The position numbers and the translations under genes are program-made. The notes under the pieces were generated by a model. That model ran no database searches. It saw nothing but the letters and a program-made list of their open reading frames with translations, and was not told where the DNA came from. A stretch of 43,937 nucleotides of DNA from an uncultured Enterobacteriaceae bacterium (lineage in GTDB: Bacteria; Pseudomonadota; Gammaproteobacteria; Ga0077536): the NCBI GenBank assembly GCA_964342175.1, contig CAYFFH010000001.1:1-43937 (forward strand), in the 5' to 3' direction. This document shows, piece after piece, positions 1-10,116 of this stretch. Position 1 is the stretch's first letter; each line of letters starts with the position of its first letter.

Positions 1-693
1 TGTACCTGCCGTATCCACCATATCGTCGATAAGTACGCAGTTGCGCCCGTCGACATCGCCGATAATATTCATTACCTGCGCTTCGTTGGCTCTGGGCCGC
101 CGCTTATCGATGATTGCTAGATCGGCGTTGTCTAGCCGTCGTGCCAAAGCGCGTGCGCGTACCACACCACCAACGTCAGGAGAAACAACGATTAACCTAG
201 GATATTCGTGCCTCCATATGTCCCCCAATAAAACCGGCGAAGCGTATATATTATCCAAAGGCATATCAAAAAATCCCTGGATTTGTTCCGCATGTAAATC
301 CAAGGTCACAACGCGATCCGTACCAACACTAGCGAGCATATTGGCGACCACCTTCGCTGTAATTGGCACTCTCGCAGAGCGTGGCCGTCGGTCCTGACGC
401 GCATAGCCGAGATACGGTATTACAGCGGTAATATTTGCTGCCGACGCGCGCCGAAGCGCATCGATGAGCACAAGCAGTTCTATTAGATTATCATTGGTCG
501 GGCAGCAAATTGACTGCAATACAAAAACATCGCGCGTGCGAACGTTTTCCTCGATTTCAACCATGACCTCGCCGTCACTAAAGCGTCCAACCGTCGCCTT
601 GCCAAGATGGACCTGCAGGTGCGCTGCGACAGAACGTGATAACGCGAGGTTTGAGTTTCCTGCAAACAACATCATCGACGAGTCGCTATACAT
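1..693 (-). CDS. prs: Ribose-phosphate pyrophosphokinase (PRPP synthetase), partial; the C-terminus lies outside the window
   Basis: The reverse frame is open to the window edge, so it has no stop and is absent from the ORF track. Translation from ATG 693 (or ATG 675/672) gives ..[61 protein letters not shown]. The reverse complement of 1-60 gives [20 protein letters not shown], the PRPP-binding loop, in the same frame. The position upstream of tRNA-Gln/ispE is the classic arrangement. Confidence 0.9.
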   Translation of the reverse strand, partial: MYSDSSMMLFAGNSNLALSRSVAAHLQVHLGKATVGRFSDGEVMVEIEENVRTRDVFVLQSICCPTNDNLIELLVLIDALRRASAANITAVIPYLGYARQDRRPRSARVPITAKVVANMLASVGTDRVVTLDLHAEQIQGFFDMPLDNIYASPVLLGDIWRHEYPRLIVVSPDVGGVVRARALARRLDNADLAIIDKRRPRANEAQVMNIIGDVDGRNCVLIDDMVDTAGT

Positions 694-728
694 AAACCAA
701 TCTCTCCGTCGTTAATCAGGTAGCAAGA

Positions 729-803
729 TGGCTGGGGTGCCAGGATTCGAACCTGGGAATGCGGGGATCAAAACCCCGTGCCTTGCCGCTTGGCTACACC
801 CCA
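729..803 (-). tRNA. tRNA-Gln (anticodon UUG), 75 nt with encoded CCA
   Basis: The reverse complement TGGGGTGTAGCCAAGCGGCAAGGCACGGGGTTTTGATCCCCGCATTCCCAGGTTCGAATCCTGGCACCCCAGCCA folds as a cloverleaf. It has a 7-bp acceptor (TGGGGTG/CACCCCA), a D arm (GCC/GGC), an anticodon stem CGGGG/CCCCG with loop TTTTGAT (anticodon TTG), and a T arm CCAGG-TTCGAAT-CCTGG. It is close to E. coli tRNA-Gln. Confidence 0.95.
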
Positions 804-847
804 TATATCCAATCAATACACAAATCCATGACCACACCAAAGGAGCC

Positions 848-1702
848 TCAGTTGCGGTTTTGTATCTTTCGCAATTTTTCGATCAGCGGTGAGATGTTGC
901 AACGTTCTGCAACAAACCACGCCCATGGCTCGGGCATTCTTTCGACCACCGAAAGTGCCTGCGAAATCGATTCGAACGCTGCGAAAATACAAGCGCCAGT
1001 GCCAGACATTCGCGCATCTGCATGTTGCCCGAGCCAATCTAAAACTTTACCCACTTCTGGGTATATCCGTCGAGTGACGTCTTCACAATCATTAACAAGT
1101 GTGACAGACGCGAGGTCGTGGATTTTGATGGCTGGGGTATCACGTGTCAATTCCGGGTGAGAGAATACTTCTGACGTAGAAACCAGTTCGCCAGCATAGA
1201 CAACAAGTACCGGGCCTTCTGGCGCATTTAGCGGGATCAAACGTTCACCGACACCTTCAGCCCAGGCGGCGTGTCCGTGTACGAAGACCGGAATATCTGC
1301 CCCCAATTGCAATCCAATTTCTGCGAGCTCGTCTTGAGTGAGGCCTGTTTCCCACAATTCGTTTAAGGCAACCAATGTCGTTGCTGCATCAGAGCTACCA
1401 CCACCGAGACCACCACCCGCTGGTAACAGTTTATCTACGAATATCGAGACTCCCACATTACCTTTTGCGAATGGCTGCAACAACCGTGCCGCACGCACTA
1501 TAAGGTCTTTATCAACCGGGATATCTGCGAGATCATTTGCACGTGTTACTCGACCGTCGTGGGTAATATTAAAACCTAAGTAGTCACCGTAATCGAGGAA
1601 CTGAAAGTGGGTCTGCAGCAAATGATAGCCATCACTACGCCGCCCGATTACGTGAAGAAAAAGGTTTATTTTTGCCGGCGCTGGCCAACGATTAGGAATC
1701 AT
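848..1702 (-). CDS. ispE: 4-diphosphocytidyl-2-C-methyl-D-erythritol kinase
   Basis: The N-terminus MIPNRWPAPAKINLFLHVIGRRSDGYHLLQT and the GHMP-kinase loop PAGGGLGGGSSDAA identify it. I prefer ATG 1702 (284 aa), which overlaps the lolB stop as TAATG, over the ORF-track start at 1720. Confidence 0.93.
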   Translation of the reverse strand: MIPNRWPAPAKINLFLHVIGRRSDGYHLLQTHFQFLDYGDYLGFNITHDGRVTRANDLADIPVDKDLIVRAARLLQPFAKGNVGVSIFVDKLLPAGGGLGGGSSDAATTLVALNELWETGLTQDELAEIGLQLGADIPVFVHGHAAWAEGVGERLIPLNAPEGPVLVVYAGELVSTSEVFSHPELTRDTPAIKIHDLASVTLVNDCEDVTRRIYPEVGKVLDWLGQHADARMSGTGACIFAAFESISQALSVVERMPEPWAWFVAERCNISPLIEKLRKIQNRN

Positions 1703-2292
1703 TAGCTCGTAAATTTCCATGACGAAATTACGATCCTGACCTTCAGATCTCCAATATACATAAGAAGCTTGGAAGGTAACGCTAAATTATTTACTGACCC
1801 ATGTCGCAACACATTGATCCGCCACCCATCTTGTTCCATCTCTAGCAGTTGTCCTACCTCGTCACGATTGACAAATTTAGGTGTTGAATTGGGTGCTACA
1901 AGGCCCCGGATCCAATATTCTGCTCCGTCCACGGGAATGCTCCAGCCGAAGTGTTCATCCATCAACGTTTCTGCGTCGCTAGCGTAAAAACGACCGCCGT
2001 CTGGGACGATCAGCTCGACTCCAGTGCCGTCGCCCGCTAATTGGTAGGTACCGCGACCGAGCGGACCGACGAGACGGAGTTGAAACCGCGTCCCAGTCTT
2101 CCGCCACTGCAGCCTAGCAGTCCAACCCTCAGAACCTCTTTCGATTGCAACCCGACCAACGGCACTCCAATTTTGGATAGCACCAATCGCGTCAAGATGC
2201 CGCTTCGGCTCGTACATTGGAGGAGTCGACCGAATCGGTCCCCCCACACAGCCGACCAGTATGGCGATTAACGACAAAACCAAGCCTTTCAC
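1702..2292 (-). CDS. lolB: Outer-membrane lipoprotein LolB
   Basis: 196 aa with a GTG start and lipoprotein signal MKGLVLSLIAILVGC. It sits between the TPR gene and ispE as in Pseudomonas/E. coli. A 4-nt GTGA overlap with the upstream gene suggests coupling. Confidence 0.85.
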   Translation of the reverse strand: MKGLVLSLIAILVGCVGGPIRSTPPMYEPKRHLDAIGAIQNWSAVGRVAIERGSEGWTARLQWRKTGTRFQLRLVGPLGRGTYQLAGDGTGVELIVPDGGRFYASDAETLMDEHFGWSIPVDGAEYWIRGLVAPNSTPKFVNRDEVGQLLEMEQDGWRINVLRHGSVNNLALPSKLLMYIGDLKVRIVISSWKFTS

Positions 2293-4115
2293 GGCGCCAA
2301 CCGTTTTATGACATCTAGGAGGCGTTGATCACCTGGTTTTTCTCTTAGTGCGCTACCCCAAATGTCGCGTGCAGCGTCTTTGTCTCCCATAACCCATAGC
2401 ACTTCACCTAGGTGGGCTGCGACTTCAGGGTCCTCTTTTATTTTTAGTGCACGACTCAGGAATTCGATCGCTTCCCTAAAACGTCCGAGTCGGTATAGGA
2501 CCCAACCCATAGAGTCGAGAATATAAAAATCGTCTGGGCTTAAAGTTATGGCCTGTTTAATAAATTTATAAGCTTCTTCGTAACGGTTGGTCCTATCGGC
2601 GAGCGTATATCCGAGCGCATTTAATGCTTGGGAGTTATCAGGTTCTCGTTCAATAATGGTCTTTAGATCCGCCTCGAGAATTTCCAAGCGACCCGCCTTC
2701 TCAGCCAACATAGCGCGCGCGTACAGCAATCCCATGTCATAGACGTCGACCAGTGCGCTGTCATATAAGGCCCACGCTTCTGCAAGACGATTGTGTTCTA
2801 TTAATATCTCTCCTTCTGCGCGCAGCAGTTCAAATCTTTGCTTTTCATCTTCCGGGAAAACTGAATGCAGTTGTGCTTGCGCGTCGACGACGTTGTTTTG
2901 TGAAGATAAAATCAGCGCGATTCGGATTTGTGCTTGGAAATAGTTTGGCCCAAGTTTGATAGCACGATAAAATTCTAACGCAACCCCCGATTGTTCCCGG
3001 GAGTCGGCGATTTGAGCAAGATAGAAATTCGCATCATCTGATCGATCACTGAATTTGAGAAGTTGTTTAAAATTCTTGTGTGCGGCATCAATTCGGTTTA
3101 GTTGCAGATTAAGTAAGCCGAGAGCGTATAAAACGTCACTATTTTCAGGATTTTTGGCAGCAACCATAGCGAACTGTACATGAGCCTCTTCGTAGCGACT
3201 CGTGTCTGCCAGAAGCCGTGCATAGATTACCCTTAACGCAGTATCATTCGGGTCCTTTGCTATAGAACGCTCTAACCACTCAAACGCGGCGAGTGACTTA
3301 TCATGTTTTTGCAGTAGTGCAACATATGCTACCGCGATGTTTGCATCGCCAACGCCGCTATCAGTAACTCGATCCATTGCATCGCCAGCCTTGCCGAGTT
3401 CATCGGCTCGTATGGCTAGTAATGCATACGCGACTAAAGCGTCCCCGTCGCCTGGGCGGCGCAACAAGAGTTGCTCCATCACAGAAAGTGCCGTTAACTT
3501 ATCTTCTTCACGACTTAACAGATTCGCGATCATGCGTAACTGACGATGCGCACGTTCAGACTTGGCGTTTAAGACGTGCTCTAGGTGAACGCTTGCCTCG
3601 TCCGCGTTACCACTTCGGATATACATGGCAGCCAAGATTTGTCTCGCCTCAAGATCATCGGGCGCTTGGTCCACCCAAATTGTCGCGGCCTGTAAGGCGG
3701 CCTCGTTTTTTCGAGCAAATACCGCGATACGCGTTGCGCGTTTCGCAATATCGAGGTCACGAAGTTGCTTCGCGGTCTCTAGGTAATGTGTGACCGCAAG
3801 GTCGGTTTGGCCTCGCTGCCCGGCGAACTCCGCAACGATCAGGTGATAAAGCGGGGAACCCTCACTGTCGAACTCCAACCGCTTAGCATCATTTAACGTG
3901 ATCGGGCCGCCTTCGTGTCTAATCCCTTGATTTAAGGCTGACCCAGACATCGTTTTGGCCGGTGGGGTAGATCGCGATACCGTACTGCTTGCGCAACCGT
4001 TAAACACCAGCACGACCACTAACGCAGACCAAATTCCACGCCATTTGACCCCTCGACGACCCTGCCGTGTTGCTATTAAGCTATGGATCAAAAACTCTTT
4101 ATATAAATAAATCAA
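2289..4115 (-). CDS. Tetratricopeptide-repeat (TPR) lipoprotein
   Basis: 608 aa with a lipobox (VLVFNGC) near the N-terminus. Many Ala/Leu/Tyr-spaced 34-aa TPR-like repeats run through the protein (e.g. YALGLLNLQLNRIDAAHKNFKQLL, GWVLYRLGRFREAIEFLSRAL). The position upstream of lolB is conserved. The start is uncertain; an alternative TTG lies at 4091. Confidence 0.8.
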   Translation of the reverse strand: MIYLYKEFLIHSLIATRQGRRGVKWRGIWSALVVVLVFNGCASSTVSRSTPPAKTMSGSALNQGIRHEGGPITLNDAKRLEFDSEGSPLYHLIVAEFAGQRGQTDLAVTHYLETAKQLRDLDIAKRATRIAVFARKNEAALQAATIWVDQAPDDLEARQILAAMYIRSGNADEASVHLEHVLNAKSERAHRQLRMIANLLSREEDKLTALSVMEQLLLRRPGDGDALVAYALLAIRADELGKAGDAMDRVTDSGVGDANIAVAYVALLQKHDKSLAAFEWLERSIAKDPNDTALRVIYARLLADTSRYEEAHVQFAMVAAKNPENSDVLYALGLLNLQLNRIDAAHKNFKQLLKFSDRSDDANFYLAQIADSREQSGVALEFYRAIKLGPNYFQAQIRIALILSSQNNVVDAQAQLHSVFPEDEKQRFELLRAEGEILIEHNRLAEAWALYDSALVDVYDMGLLYARAMLAEKAGRLEILEADLKTIIEREPDNSQALNALGYTLADRTNRYEEAYKFIKQAITLSPDDFYILDSMGWVLYRLGRFREAIEFLSRALKIKEDPEVAAHLGEVLWVMGDKDAARDIWGSALREKPGDQRLLDVIKRLAP

Positions 4116-4433
4116 TATCTTAACTGTATTTTGTCTTCATAAAAGACAATGCAACTACATCGCCCTTACTGGTTTACAGTGTAAAATAGTATACGCCAGG
4201 TTATCCGCGTCGTATTACGCGGCTTTTGATCACATTCGCATCAGCGCTATTTTGTGCCAGAAGGTGGTGTGTTGGATATAACTGGGCCCGAGCCGTTGTG
4301 AGTAGCTAAACATAGCTTGCGTCTACCAAGGGGATTGCACGTCCCAGAGTGGCGCGGGGGGACCCGATTAAGGACCATGTTACTTAAGACATACTTTTGA
4401 CCGCCAAAACAACCCGCACTTATTGAGCCCGAC

Positions 4434-5687
4434 ATGTCAATCACGATCATTGGAGTCAGTCATAAGACCGCGCCGGTCGATGTCCGCGAGCAATTAGCGG
4501 TCGACCCAGAGCAACTGCAAAGCGCACTCCATAACCTGGCTGAAGACACCGGGATTTCAGAGGTCATAATTTTGTCCACCTGCAATCGCACCGAACTCTA
4601 CTACAACGTAACTTCGGAAGACCAAGGCGATCCACTCGCCTGGTTGGTCCACCAAAACGGCATAGATCCGGGGGTTTTAGAGCCTCATCTCTACAGGCTA
4701 AATCAAGAACATGCTGTACGTCATGCATTGCGCGTCGCCTGCGGTCTCGATTCGATGGTACTTGGTGAACCTCAGATATTGGGACAACTAAAACAAGCCT
4801 ACCAGGCAGCGGTCAATCAGAGCACCGCCGGAAAAATACTAAATCGCTTATTTCAGCATTCTTTTTACGTAGCAAAACAGATCAGAACGCGAACAGCGAT
4901 AGGGGAAAACCCCGTCTCGGTAGCGTATGCGGCAGTAAAATTAGGTATACAGATCCATGGGGACCTTAGCAATAAAACTGCGTTGCTAATTGGTGCAGGC
5001 GACACTATTACTCTCGTCGCCCATCACCTGCGCTCCAACAAATGTGCTGACATTATCATTGCGAATCGAACTCTTGAGGGTGCCCAAAAACTTGCGTCGC
5101 GGGTCATTGGGAAGGCTATTACGCTGAACGAATTACCTGAGACTCTAGCCTCTGCCGATATCCTCATATCGTCAACCGCGAGTCGACTGCCTGTGATCAC
5201 TCAAAGAGCTGTAGACGCGGCATTAAAAGCCCGTCGTGGCGAGCCTATGTTTATTGTTGACCTCGCCGTCCCACGTGACGTCGAACCTGGGGTCACTGAA
5301 CTCCGCGACGTGTACTTGTACACGGTGGACGATCTTAATCAAGTTGTCGGCGATAATACCCGCCTTCGAGAGGCTGCTGCCGCCGAAGCAGAAGAGGTAA
5401 TTAATATTCAAGCACAGTTATACATGGATTGGTTACAGACTCAAGACAGTACCCAGACTATAGCCTCCATTCGAGCGAACGCTGATGGTCTAAAAAATCA
5501 ACAACTTAAAAAAGCACACCGTCGTCTCGCTGCTGGCGATGATCCCCTGGTTGTCATGTCCGCGTTGGCAAACGGCTTGGTTAATCAGTTACTACACAGA
5601 CCAACCATAAGAATTCGGGAGGCCGCCGTGGACGGAGAAGATGAAGTAGTGCGTATAGCACGCGACCTTCTTGACCCTTCAGAATAA
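4434..5687 (+). CDS. hemA: Glutamyl-tRNA reductase
   Basis: 417 aa. It has [13 protein letters not shown], the active-site STCNRTELY, and the NADPH-binding LIGAGDT. The hemA-prfA-prmC operon order is conserved. Confidence 0.95.
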   Translation: MSITIIGVSHKTAPVDVREQLAVDPEQLQSALHNLAEDTGISEVIILSTCNRTELYYNVTSEDQGDPLAWLVHQNGIDPGVLEPHLYRLNQEHAVRHALRVACGLDSMVLGEPQILGQLKQAYQAAVNQSTAGKILNRLFQHSFYVAKQIRTRTAIGENPVSVAYAAVKLGIQIHGDLSNKTALLIGAGDTITLVAHHLRSNKCADIIIANRTLEGAQKLASRVIGKAITLNELPETLASADILISSTASRLPVITQRAVDAALKARRGEPMFIVDLAVPRDVEPGVTELRDVYLYTVDDLNQVVGDNTRLREAAAAEAEEVINIQAQLYMDWLQTQDSTQTIASIRANADGLKNQQLKKAHRRLAAGDDPLVVMSALANGLVNQLLHRPTIRIREAAVDGEDEVVRIARDLLDPSE

Positions 5688-5701
5688 ACGATCATTATAA
5701 A

Positions 5702-6787
5702 ATGAAAGATAGGCTAATAAATAAACTCCAGGGTATAGCCAATCGGCGTGAGGAACTAGATGGACTTCTCGCGAGCCCAGATGTGATCAATAACCAAAAC
5801 CGATACCGAGCCTTATCACGAGAGCGGGCAGAGATTGATCCGATAGTCGAATCCTTCGCTAAATACCAACACCTTTTGGAGGATCTTGCCCATGCGGAAG
5901 AATTACATGCTGAAAACGATTCTGAAATGCAAGCGCTCGCAGCCGAAGAAATTAGAGATTCGAAAGAAAGTATTGCCGCCTGCGAGTTCCAACTCGAGCG
6001 CTTGCTGATTCCAAAAGATCCGGCAGATGACGCAAATATCTATCTAGAAATTCGTGCAGGCACTGGTGGAGACGAAGCTGGATTGTTTTCTGCTGATCTT
6101 TTACGGATGTATTTGAAATATGCTGAGGCGCGTTCGTGGAACGTAGAGATCATAAGTGAAAGCCGCAGCGAAGCTGGAGGGTATAAGGAAATTATCGCCA
6201 AAATAATAGGTCGTGGAGCATATTCAAGACTGAAGTTCGAATCTGGCGCGCATCGCGTCCAACGCGTGCCCGAAACAGAATCGCAAGGTCGTGTTCACAC
6301 CTCTGCTTGCACAGTAGCAGTGATGCCAGAAGTCGATGAGATTGCAGACGTTGAGATAAACCCAAGCGATCTGCGCGTCGATACGTTCCGCGCTTCGGGC
6401 GCCGGCGGCCAACACGTTAACAAAACCGACTCTGCTATCAGGCTAACCCATTTGCCTAGCGGAGTTGTTGTTGAATGTCAGGATGAACGCTCACAACATA
6501 AAAATAGAACCCGAGCCATGAGCTTGTTAAAGGCTAAATTACTGCAATCCGAACGCGACAAAATAGCCTCCACACAAGCGCAAAATCGGCGCCAACTTGT
6601 CGGCAGCGGAGATCGATCTGAACGGATTCGTACTTATAATTACCCACAAGGTAGAGTAACTGACCACCGCATTAATCTCACTTTGTATAAACTACCGGAA
6701 ATAGCAGAAGGCGACCTAGATCGCATTATCGATCCGTTATTGCAGGAGCACCAGGCGGATCTCATGACTGATCTGGCGACGAATTAA
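5702..6787 (+). CDS. prfA: Peptide chain release factor 1
   Basis: 361 aa. It has the GGQ motif ([21 protein letters not shown]) and the RF1-type P-x-T tripeptide (RVPETES). Confidence 0.97.
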   Translation: MKDRLINKLQGIANRREELDGLLASPDVINNQNRYRALSRERAEIDPIVESFAKYQHLLEDLAHAEELHAENDSEMQALAAEEIRDSKESIAACEFQLERLLIPKDPADDANIYLEIRAGTGGDEAGLFSADLLRMYLKYAEARSWNVEIISESRSEAGGYKEIIAKIIGRGAYSRLKFESGAHRVQRVPETESQGRVHTSACTVAVMPEVDEIADVEINPSDLRVDTFRASGAGGQHVNKTDSAIRLTHLPSGVVVECQDERSQHKNRTRAMSLLKAKLLQSERDKIASTQAQNRRQLVGSGDRSERIRTYNYPQGRVTDHRINLTLYKLPEIAEGDLDRIIDPLLQEHQADLMTDLATN

Positions 6788-6809
6788 ACCTTTTCTATCG
6801 GAACATGAA

Positions 6810-7655
6810 ATGTCTTTGACGGTTCTCGATCTAGTTAAGGTCGGTAAAAATTTGCTACGCCGGAGCACAAATTCGTGGCTAGATTCCGAGCTATTAGTCA
6901 GCCACGTATGCGATTGTGACCGAGTCGCCATCTATCGCGATCCTGATGCACCAGTTACACCTATACAGTACCGACATTTTATAAAGCTAGCCAACGCGCG
7001 TGCTCGCGGTCAACCCGTGGCACAGCTACTTGGCTACACCGACTTTTGGTCCTTATCGTTTGTTGTCGACGCCAATGTTCTCGTACCGCGGTCGGAAACA
7101 GAAACCTTGATTGAAACAGCACTTGAACTGATCCCAAGCACGGGACAATATGTCATCGCCGATCTCGGCACGGGTAGCGGTGCAATAGCTGTTGCATTGG
7201 CACTGGAAAGGGCGCAGGCGATGATTATTGCCACCGACGTGAGCCCCCTTGCCTTGGACGTTGCCGAAAGGAATCGTTGCTTCCACAAGGCCTCCCAAGT
7301 TTTTCTGCTGCGAGCAGATTGGATGACTGCTTTGGGCACTAATAAATTCGACTTTATTGTCTCTAACCCGCCATACGTGGAGTCCAACCATTCGTTATTG
7401 CAGGACTCAGATATCCGATTCGAGCCGCGGCGGGCTCTAGAATCCGGAGAAGATGGCTTGGACGATTTACGTGCGATCATCAAGCAAGCGCCCGGTCGCT
7501 TAAAACAAGGCGGCTTTTTACTGGTGGAGCATGGTTATAATCAAGGTTTGAGCGCGAGGCAATTGTTCGCTGAACAAGGTTTTAAGGAAATCACTACACG
7601 ACGTGATCTAGGCAAAATGGAACGAGTAACTTTTGGCCAGAATATATGTCAATGA
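6810..7655 (+). CDS. prmC: Release-factor glutamine N5-methyltransferase (HemK/PrmC)
   Basis: 281 aa. It has the SAM-binding DLGTGSGAIAV and the catalytic NPPY (SNPPYVES), and lies directly downstream of prfA. Confidence 0.93.
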   Translation: MSLTVLDLVKVGKNLLRRSTNSWLDSELLVSHVCDCDRVAIYRDPDAPVTPIQYRHFIKLANARARGQPVAQLLGYTDFWSLSFVVDANVLVPRSETETLIETALELIPSTGQYVIADLGTGSGAIAVALALERAQAMIIATDVSPLALDVAERNRCFHKASQVFLLRADWMTALGTNKFDFIVSNPPYVESNHSLLQDSDIRFEPRRALESGEDGLDDLRAIIKQAPGRLKQGGFLLVEHGYNQGLSARQLFAEQGFKEITTRRDLGKMERVTFGQNICQ

Positions 7656-8041
7656 TCAGAAATATTGAGATCAGAATCGAAGGTGACCACGATGCGCAGA
7701 TGTTTGTAAAAACTGATTTGCTCAACCTGCCCGGTTGCAACACAGTGTCTTTATCAAACGGCAGCGTGGAAGTGAACTATGAGTTGCCGCATATTGACGC
7801 CGCATCAATAGTTGATCTCATCGAGTCTGGTGGCCTCACTATCGTGTCAAACTTGCGGCAGCGAATTAGACTTTGGTTGCGCTACTACAAAGAAGCAATA
7901 TTCTGCGATAACTTAAATGATGAAGGCGGCTGGGACACTTGGGTACGAAACATTTACATCAGTCGTTACCGACGACAACAAGGGCGCCGAGATAGTCGAC
8001 CGCATCAATCGGCAAAAGGGCACTCGACTACTAAAACATAA
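7646..8041 (+). CDS. Hypothetical small protein: N-terminal HMA-like (ferredoxin-fold) domain lacking the CxxC metal site, with a basic Trp/Arg-rich tail
   Basis: The 131-aa ORF exactly fills the prmC-moeB gap. Its start overlaps the prmC stop (ATGTCAATGA; the second ATG forms an ATGA overlap). Residues 5-70 follow the HMA pattern (IEIRIEG....VKTDLLNLPGCNTVSLSNGSVEVNYELPHIDAASIVDLIESGGLTI), but GMTCxxC is replaced by GDHDAQM. Confidence 0.55.
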   Translation: MSMIRNIEIRIEGDHDAQMFVKTDLLNLPGCNTVSLSNGSVEVNYELPHIDAASIVDLIESGGLTIVSNLRQRIRLWLRYYKEAIFCDNLNDEGGWDTWVRNIYISRYRRQQGRRDSRPHQSAKGHSTTKT

Positions 8042-8067
8042 CTAATGCTGTAAGTAAGGACAATGAT

Positions 8068-8820
8068 ATGGAAGATGAAAAACTCCTACGTTACAGCCGC
8101 CAGATACTACTGCCCCAAGTCGACATCGACGGTCAACAAAAACTACTGGATGCGAGCGCCATTATATTTGGCCTAGGCGGTCTTGGTTCGCCAGTCGCGA
8201 TGTATCTCGCTGCTGCTGGTATAGGGCGTTTGGTGTTAGTTGATTTTGACTTAGTCGAATTATCCAATCTCCAACGTCAGATTATTCACCAGACAGAAGA
8301 CATCGGACGTCCCAAGGTCGAATCAGCGAGAAACAAACTTGCAGGCCTAAACCCAGAAATTGAAATTAAAATAATCCATCGGAGGTTGAGTAACAAAGAA
8401 CTCGATGATGCGATCGCATCCGTCGACATCATCATTGACTGCACCGATAACTTCGAGGCGCGCTTTGCAATCAATAGGGCCTGCTTTAAGCAAGCGAAAC
8501 CGCTAATATCCGGCGCGGCGATCCGTTTTGAGGGGCAGGTCAGCGTTTATCATCCTGGCGTAAGTAATAGTCCGTGCTACCAATGCCTGTACCGTGGCGA
8601 CAGCGGAGCGGATCAAACATGCTCAGAGACCGGTGTGATCGCACCGTTGCTCGGCATCATCGGGGGCGTGCAAGCACTTGAGGCTATGAAGGTAATAATG
8701 CAAGTCGGCACGGATTTAACGGGGAGGCTATTGCTTCTCGATGCCATGTCAATGGAGTGGCAAGTTATGCGATTTAATCCCGATCCAAATTGCCCGGTGT
8801 GCGGCAGTGAACTTTGTTGA
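8068..8820 (+). CDS. moeB: Molybdopterin-synthase adenylyltransferase (MoeB/ThiF family)
   Basis: 250 aa. It has RYSRQILLPQVDIDGQQKL, the nucleotide loop GLGGLGSPVAMYLAAAGIG, and Zn-binding CYQC ... CPVC pairs. The position after prmC matches Pseudomonas. Confidence 0.85.
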   Translation: MEDEKLLRYSRQILLPQVDIDGQQKLLDASAIIFGLGGLGSPVAMYLAAAGIGRLVLVDFDLVELSNLQRQIIHQTEDIGRPKVESARNKLAGLNPEIEIKIIHRRLSNKELDDAIASVDIIIDCTDNFEARFAINRACFKQAKPLISGAAIRFEGQVSVYHPGVSNSPCYQCLYRGDSGADQTCSETGVIAPLLGIIGGVQALEAMKVIMQVGTDLTGRLLLLDAMSMEWQVMRFNPDPNCPVCGSELC

Positions 8821-8956
8821 CTAACATAACCCACCCCGGCGCTTTCTAATGGCTGATCTGGGGTACGCATTCTCCTCGCAGTGATATTGAATTCGAACCG
8901 ATAATTCTTGTTGTCGACAGCCTGCTCACAACCGCACAAAGGTGAGGTTCCTCAGC

Positions 8957-9151
8957 TCAAGGGCTTACTAATTCCTCGTCGAGATCCAGATGCAGTAATA
9001 CATCGAGATATTCGCGTGCTGCCCCGTGACACTGACCGCAGTTGGATGACAGGCCGAGATGGTCGCGCAGACATAGCATGGAACACGCGCCATTTCTCAC
9101 CGCGCGCTCGATGTCTTTTTCAGTAACGTTATTGCAGATACAAACGTACAT
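8957..9151 (-). CDS. bfd: Bacterioferritin-associated ferredoxin (2Fe-2S)
   Basis: From ATG 9151 the product is 64 aa: MYVCICNNVTEKDIERAVRNGACSMLCLRDHLGLSSNCGQCHG. It carries the four-Cys Bfd pattern (CxC ... CxxC). The ORF-track start at 9235 is probably too long. It lies adjacent to bfr. Confidence 0.85.
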   Translation of the reverse strand: MYVCICNNVTEKDIERAVRNGACSMLCLRDHLGLSSNCGQCHGAAREYLDVLLHLDLDEELVSP

Positions 9152-9293
9152 ATGGGCTGCATTTATTATTGAAAAAGAATCGTAGTGCAAATGAGAAGCT
9201 TTTACAAGTAAACTCCTAAGACTCTTACTGATCAACTTTTACATGTATCTATTGAACGCGAAAGATCGGAAGGAAAAAAAGGTGTTCGGATAG

Positions 9294-9758
9294 CTAAATA
9301 TTTGATTGCAAATAGTTTTCGATACCTACTTTTTTTATCAGGGCAATCTGCGTTTCGAGCCAGTCCACATGCTCTTCTTCGCCTTCGAGTATGTCCTCGA
9401 AAAGCTCACGGGTAACGTAATCGGTACTCTCCTCACAATATGCGATGGCTGCCCGCAAGATAGGAATAGACTCAAGTTCGAATGCGAGGTCGGCAGCCAA
9501 GATCTCCTCAGTATTCTCGCCGATACGTAATCGACCAAGGTCCTGCAGGTTCGGTAAACCCTCTAAGAAAAGTATTCGCTCTATCAAACGATCAGCGTGT
9601 TTCATTTCGTCGATCGATTCCTCGTATTCGGCATTATCGAGTTTAGTTAATCCCCAATTTTTAAACATACGAGCATGCAAAAAATATTGATTGACCGCTG
9701 TTAACTCGTTCTTGAGAATTTTATTGAGATAATCAACAATTTTTGGATCACCCTGCAT
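9294..9758 (-). CDS. bfr: Bacterioferritin
   Basis: From ATG 9758 (SD AAGGAATAACT-ATG) the product is 154 aa. It begins [36 protein letters not shown] and has ferroxidase residues ([33 protein letters not shown]) plus the heme-ligand Met in DEMKHAD. Confidence 0.95.
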   Translation of the reverse strand: MQGDPKIVDYLNKILKNELTAVNQYFLHARMFKNWGLTKLDNAEYEESIDEMKHADRLIERILFLEGLPNLQDLGRLRIGENTEEILAADLAFELESIPILRAAIAYCEESTDYVTRELFEDILEGEEEHVDWLETQIALIKKVGIENYLQSNI

Positions 9759-10116
9759 AGTTATTCCTTTAAATTTTTTTAACTCATTGCTGTGTGGCAC
9801 ACGGCCGTACTAGTTCATCAATATGATGCCACATTACGGAACAACACGTGGTACAGTTTATAAAAACTATTCGCGTTTACATTACGTTTTTTATTAAAAT
9901 TAACACGGTCAAGATGCTTATAGTAGCTTGCGCGTGCCGAGTTGCTAAATCCTTAGTTCACATTAAACAATAAGGAATATCTGTGGTTAAAATTTTTGCT
10001 GTTTAGGAGTAAATACGGCGAATTTTAATAAACCAAACTATCGCGTTTGCTTTCGTGGACTAACGCGGTGTTAGGCTCCGCACCCGAATATACTTGGAAC
10101 CAAGGACAAATACGCT

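Noticed and set aside
4116-4433. A hairpin CCGCGT-cgtatt-ACGCGG followed by CTTTTG (4205-4228), and the ORF 4247-4450(-), in the 318-bp TPR/hemA divergent region as a small RNA or attenuator
   Set aside because: The stem is only 6 bp with a short interrupted U-tract, and I could find no convincing promoter upstream. The minus-strand ORF overlaps the hemA start and has no motifs. Evidence is insufficient from sequence alone.
8957-9758. The bfr-bfd gene order (bfd downstream of bfr, with a 142-nt gap) and the 358-bp A+T-rich upstream region as unusual iron regulation
   Set aside because: The order varies among gammaproteobacteria. I found no convincing Fur-box match (GATAATGATAATCATTATC-like) in 9759-10116, so nothing specific can be reported.
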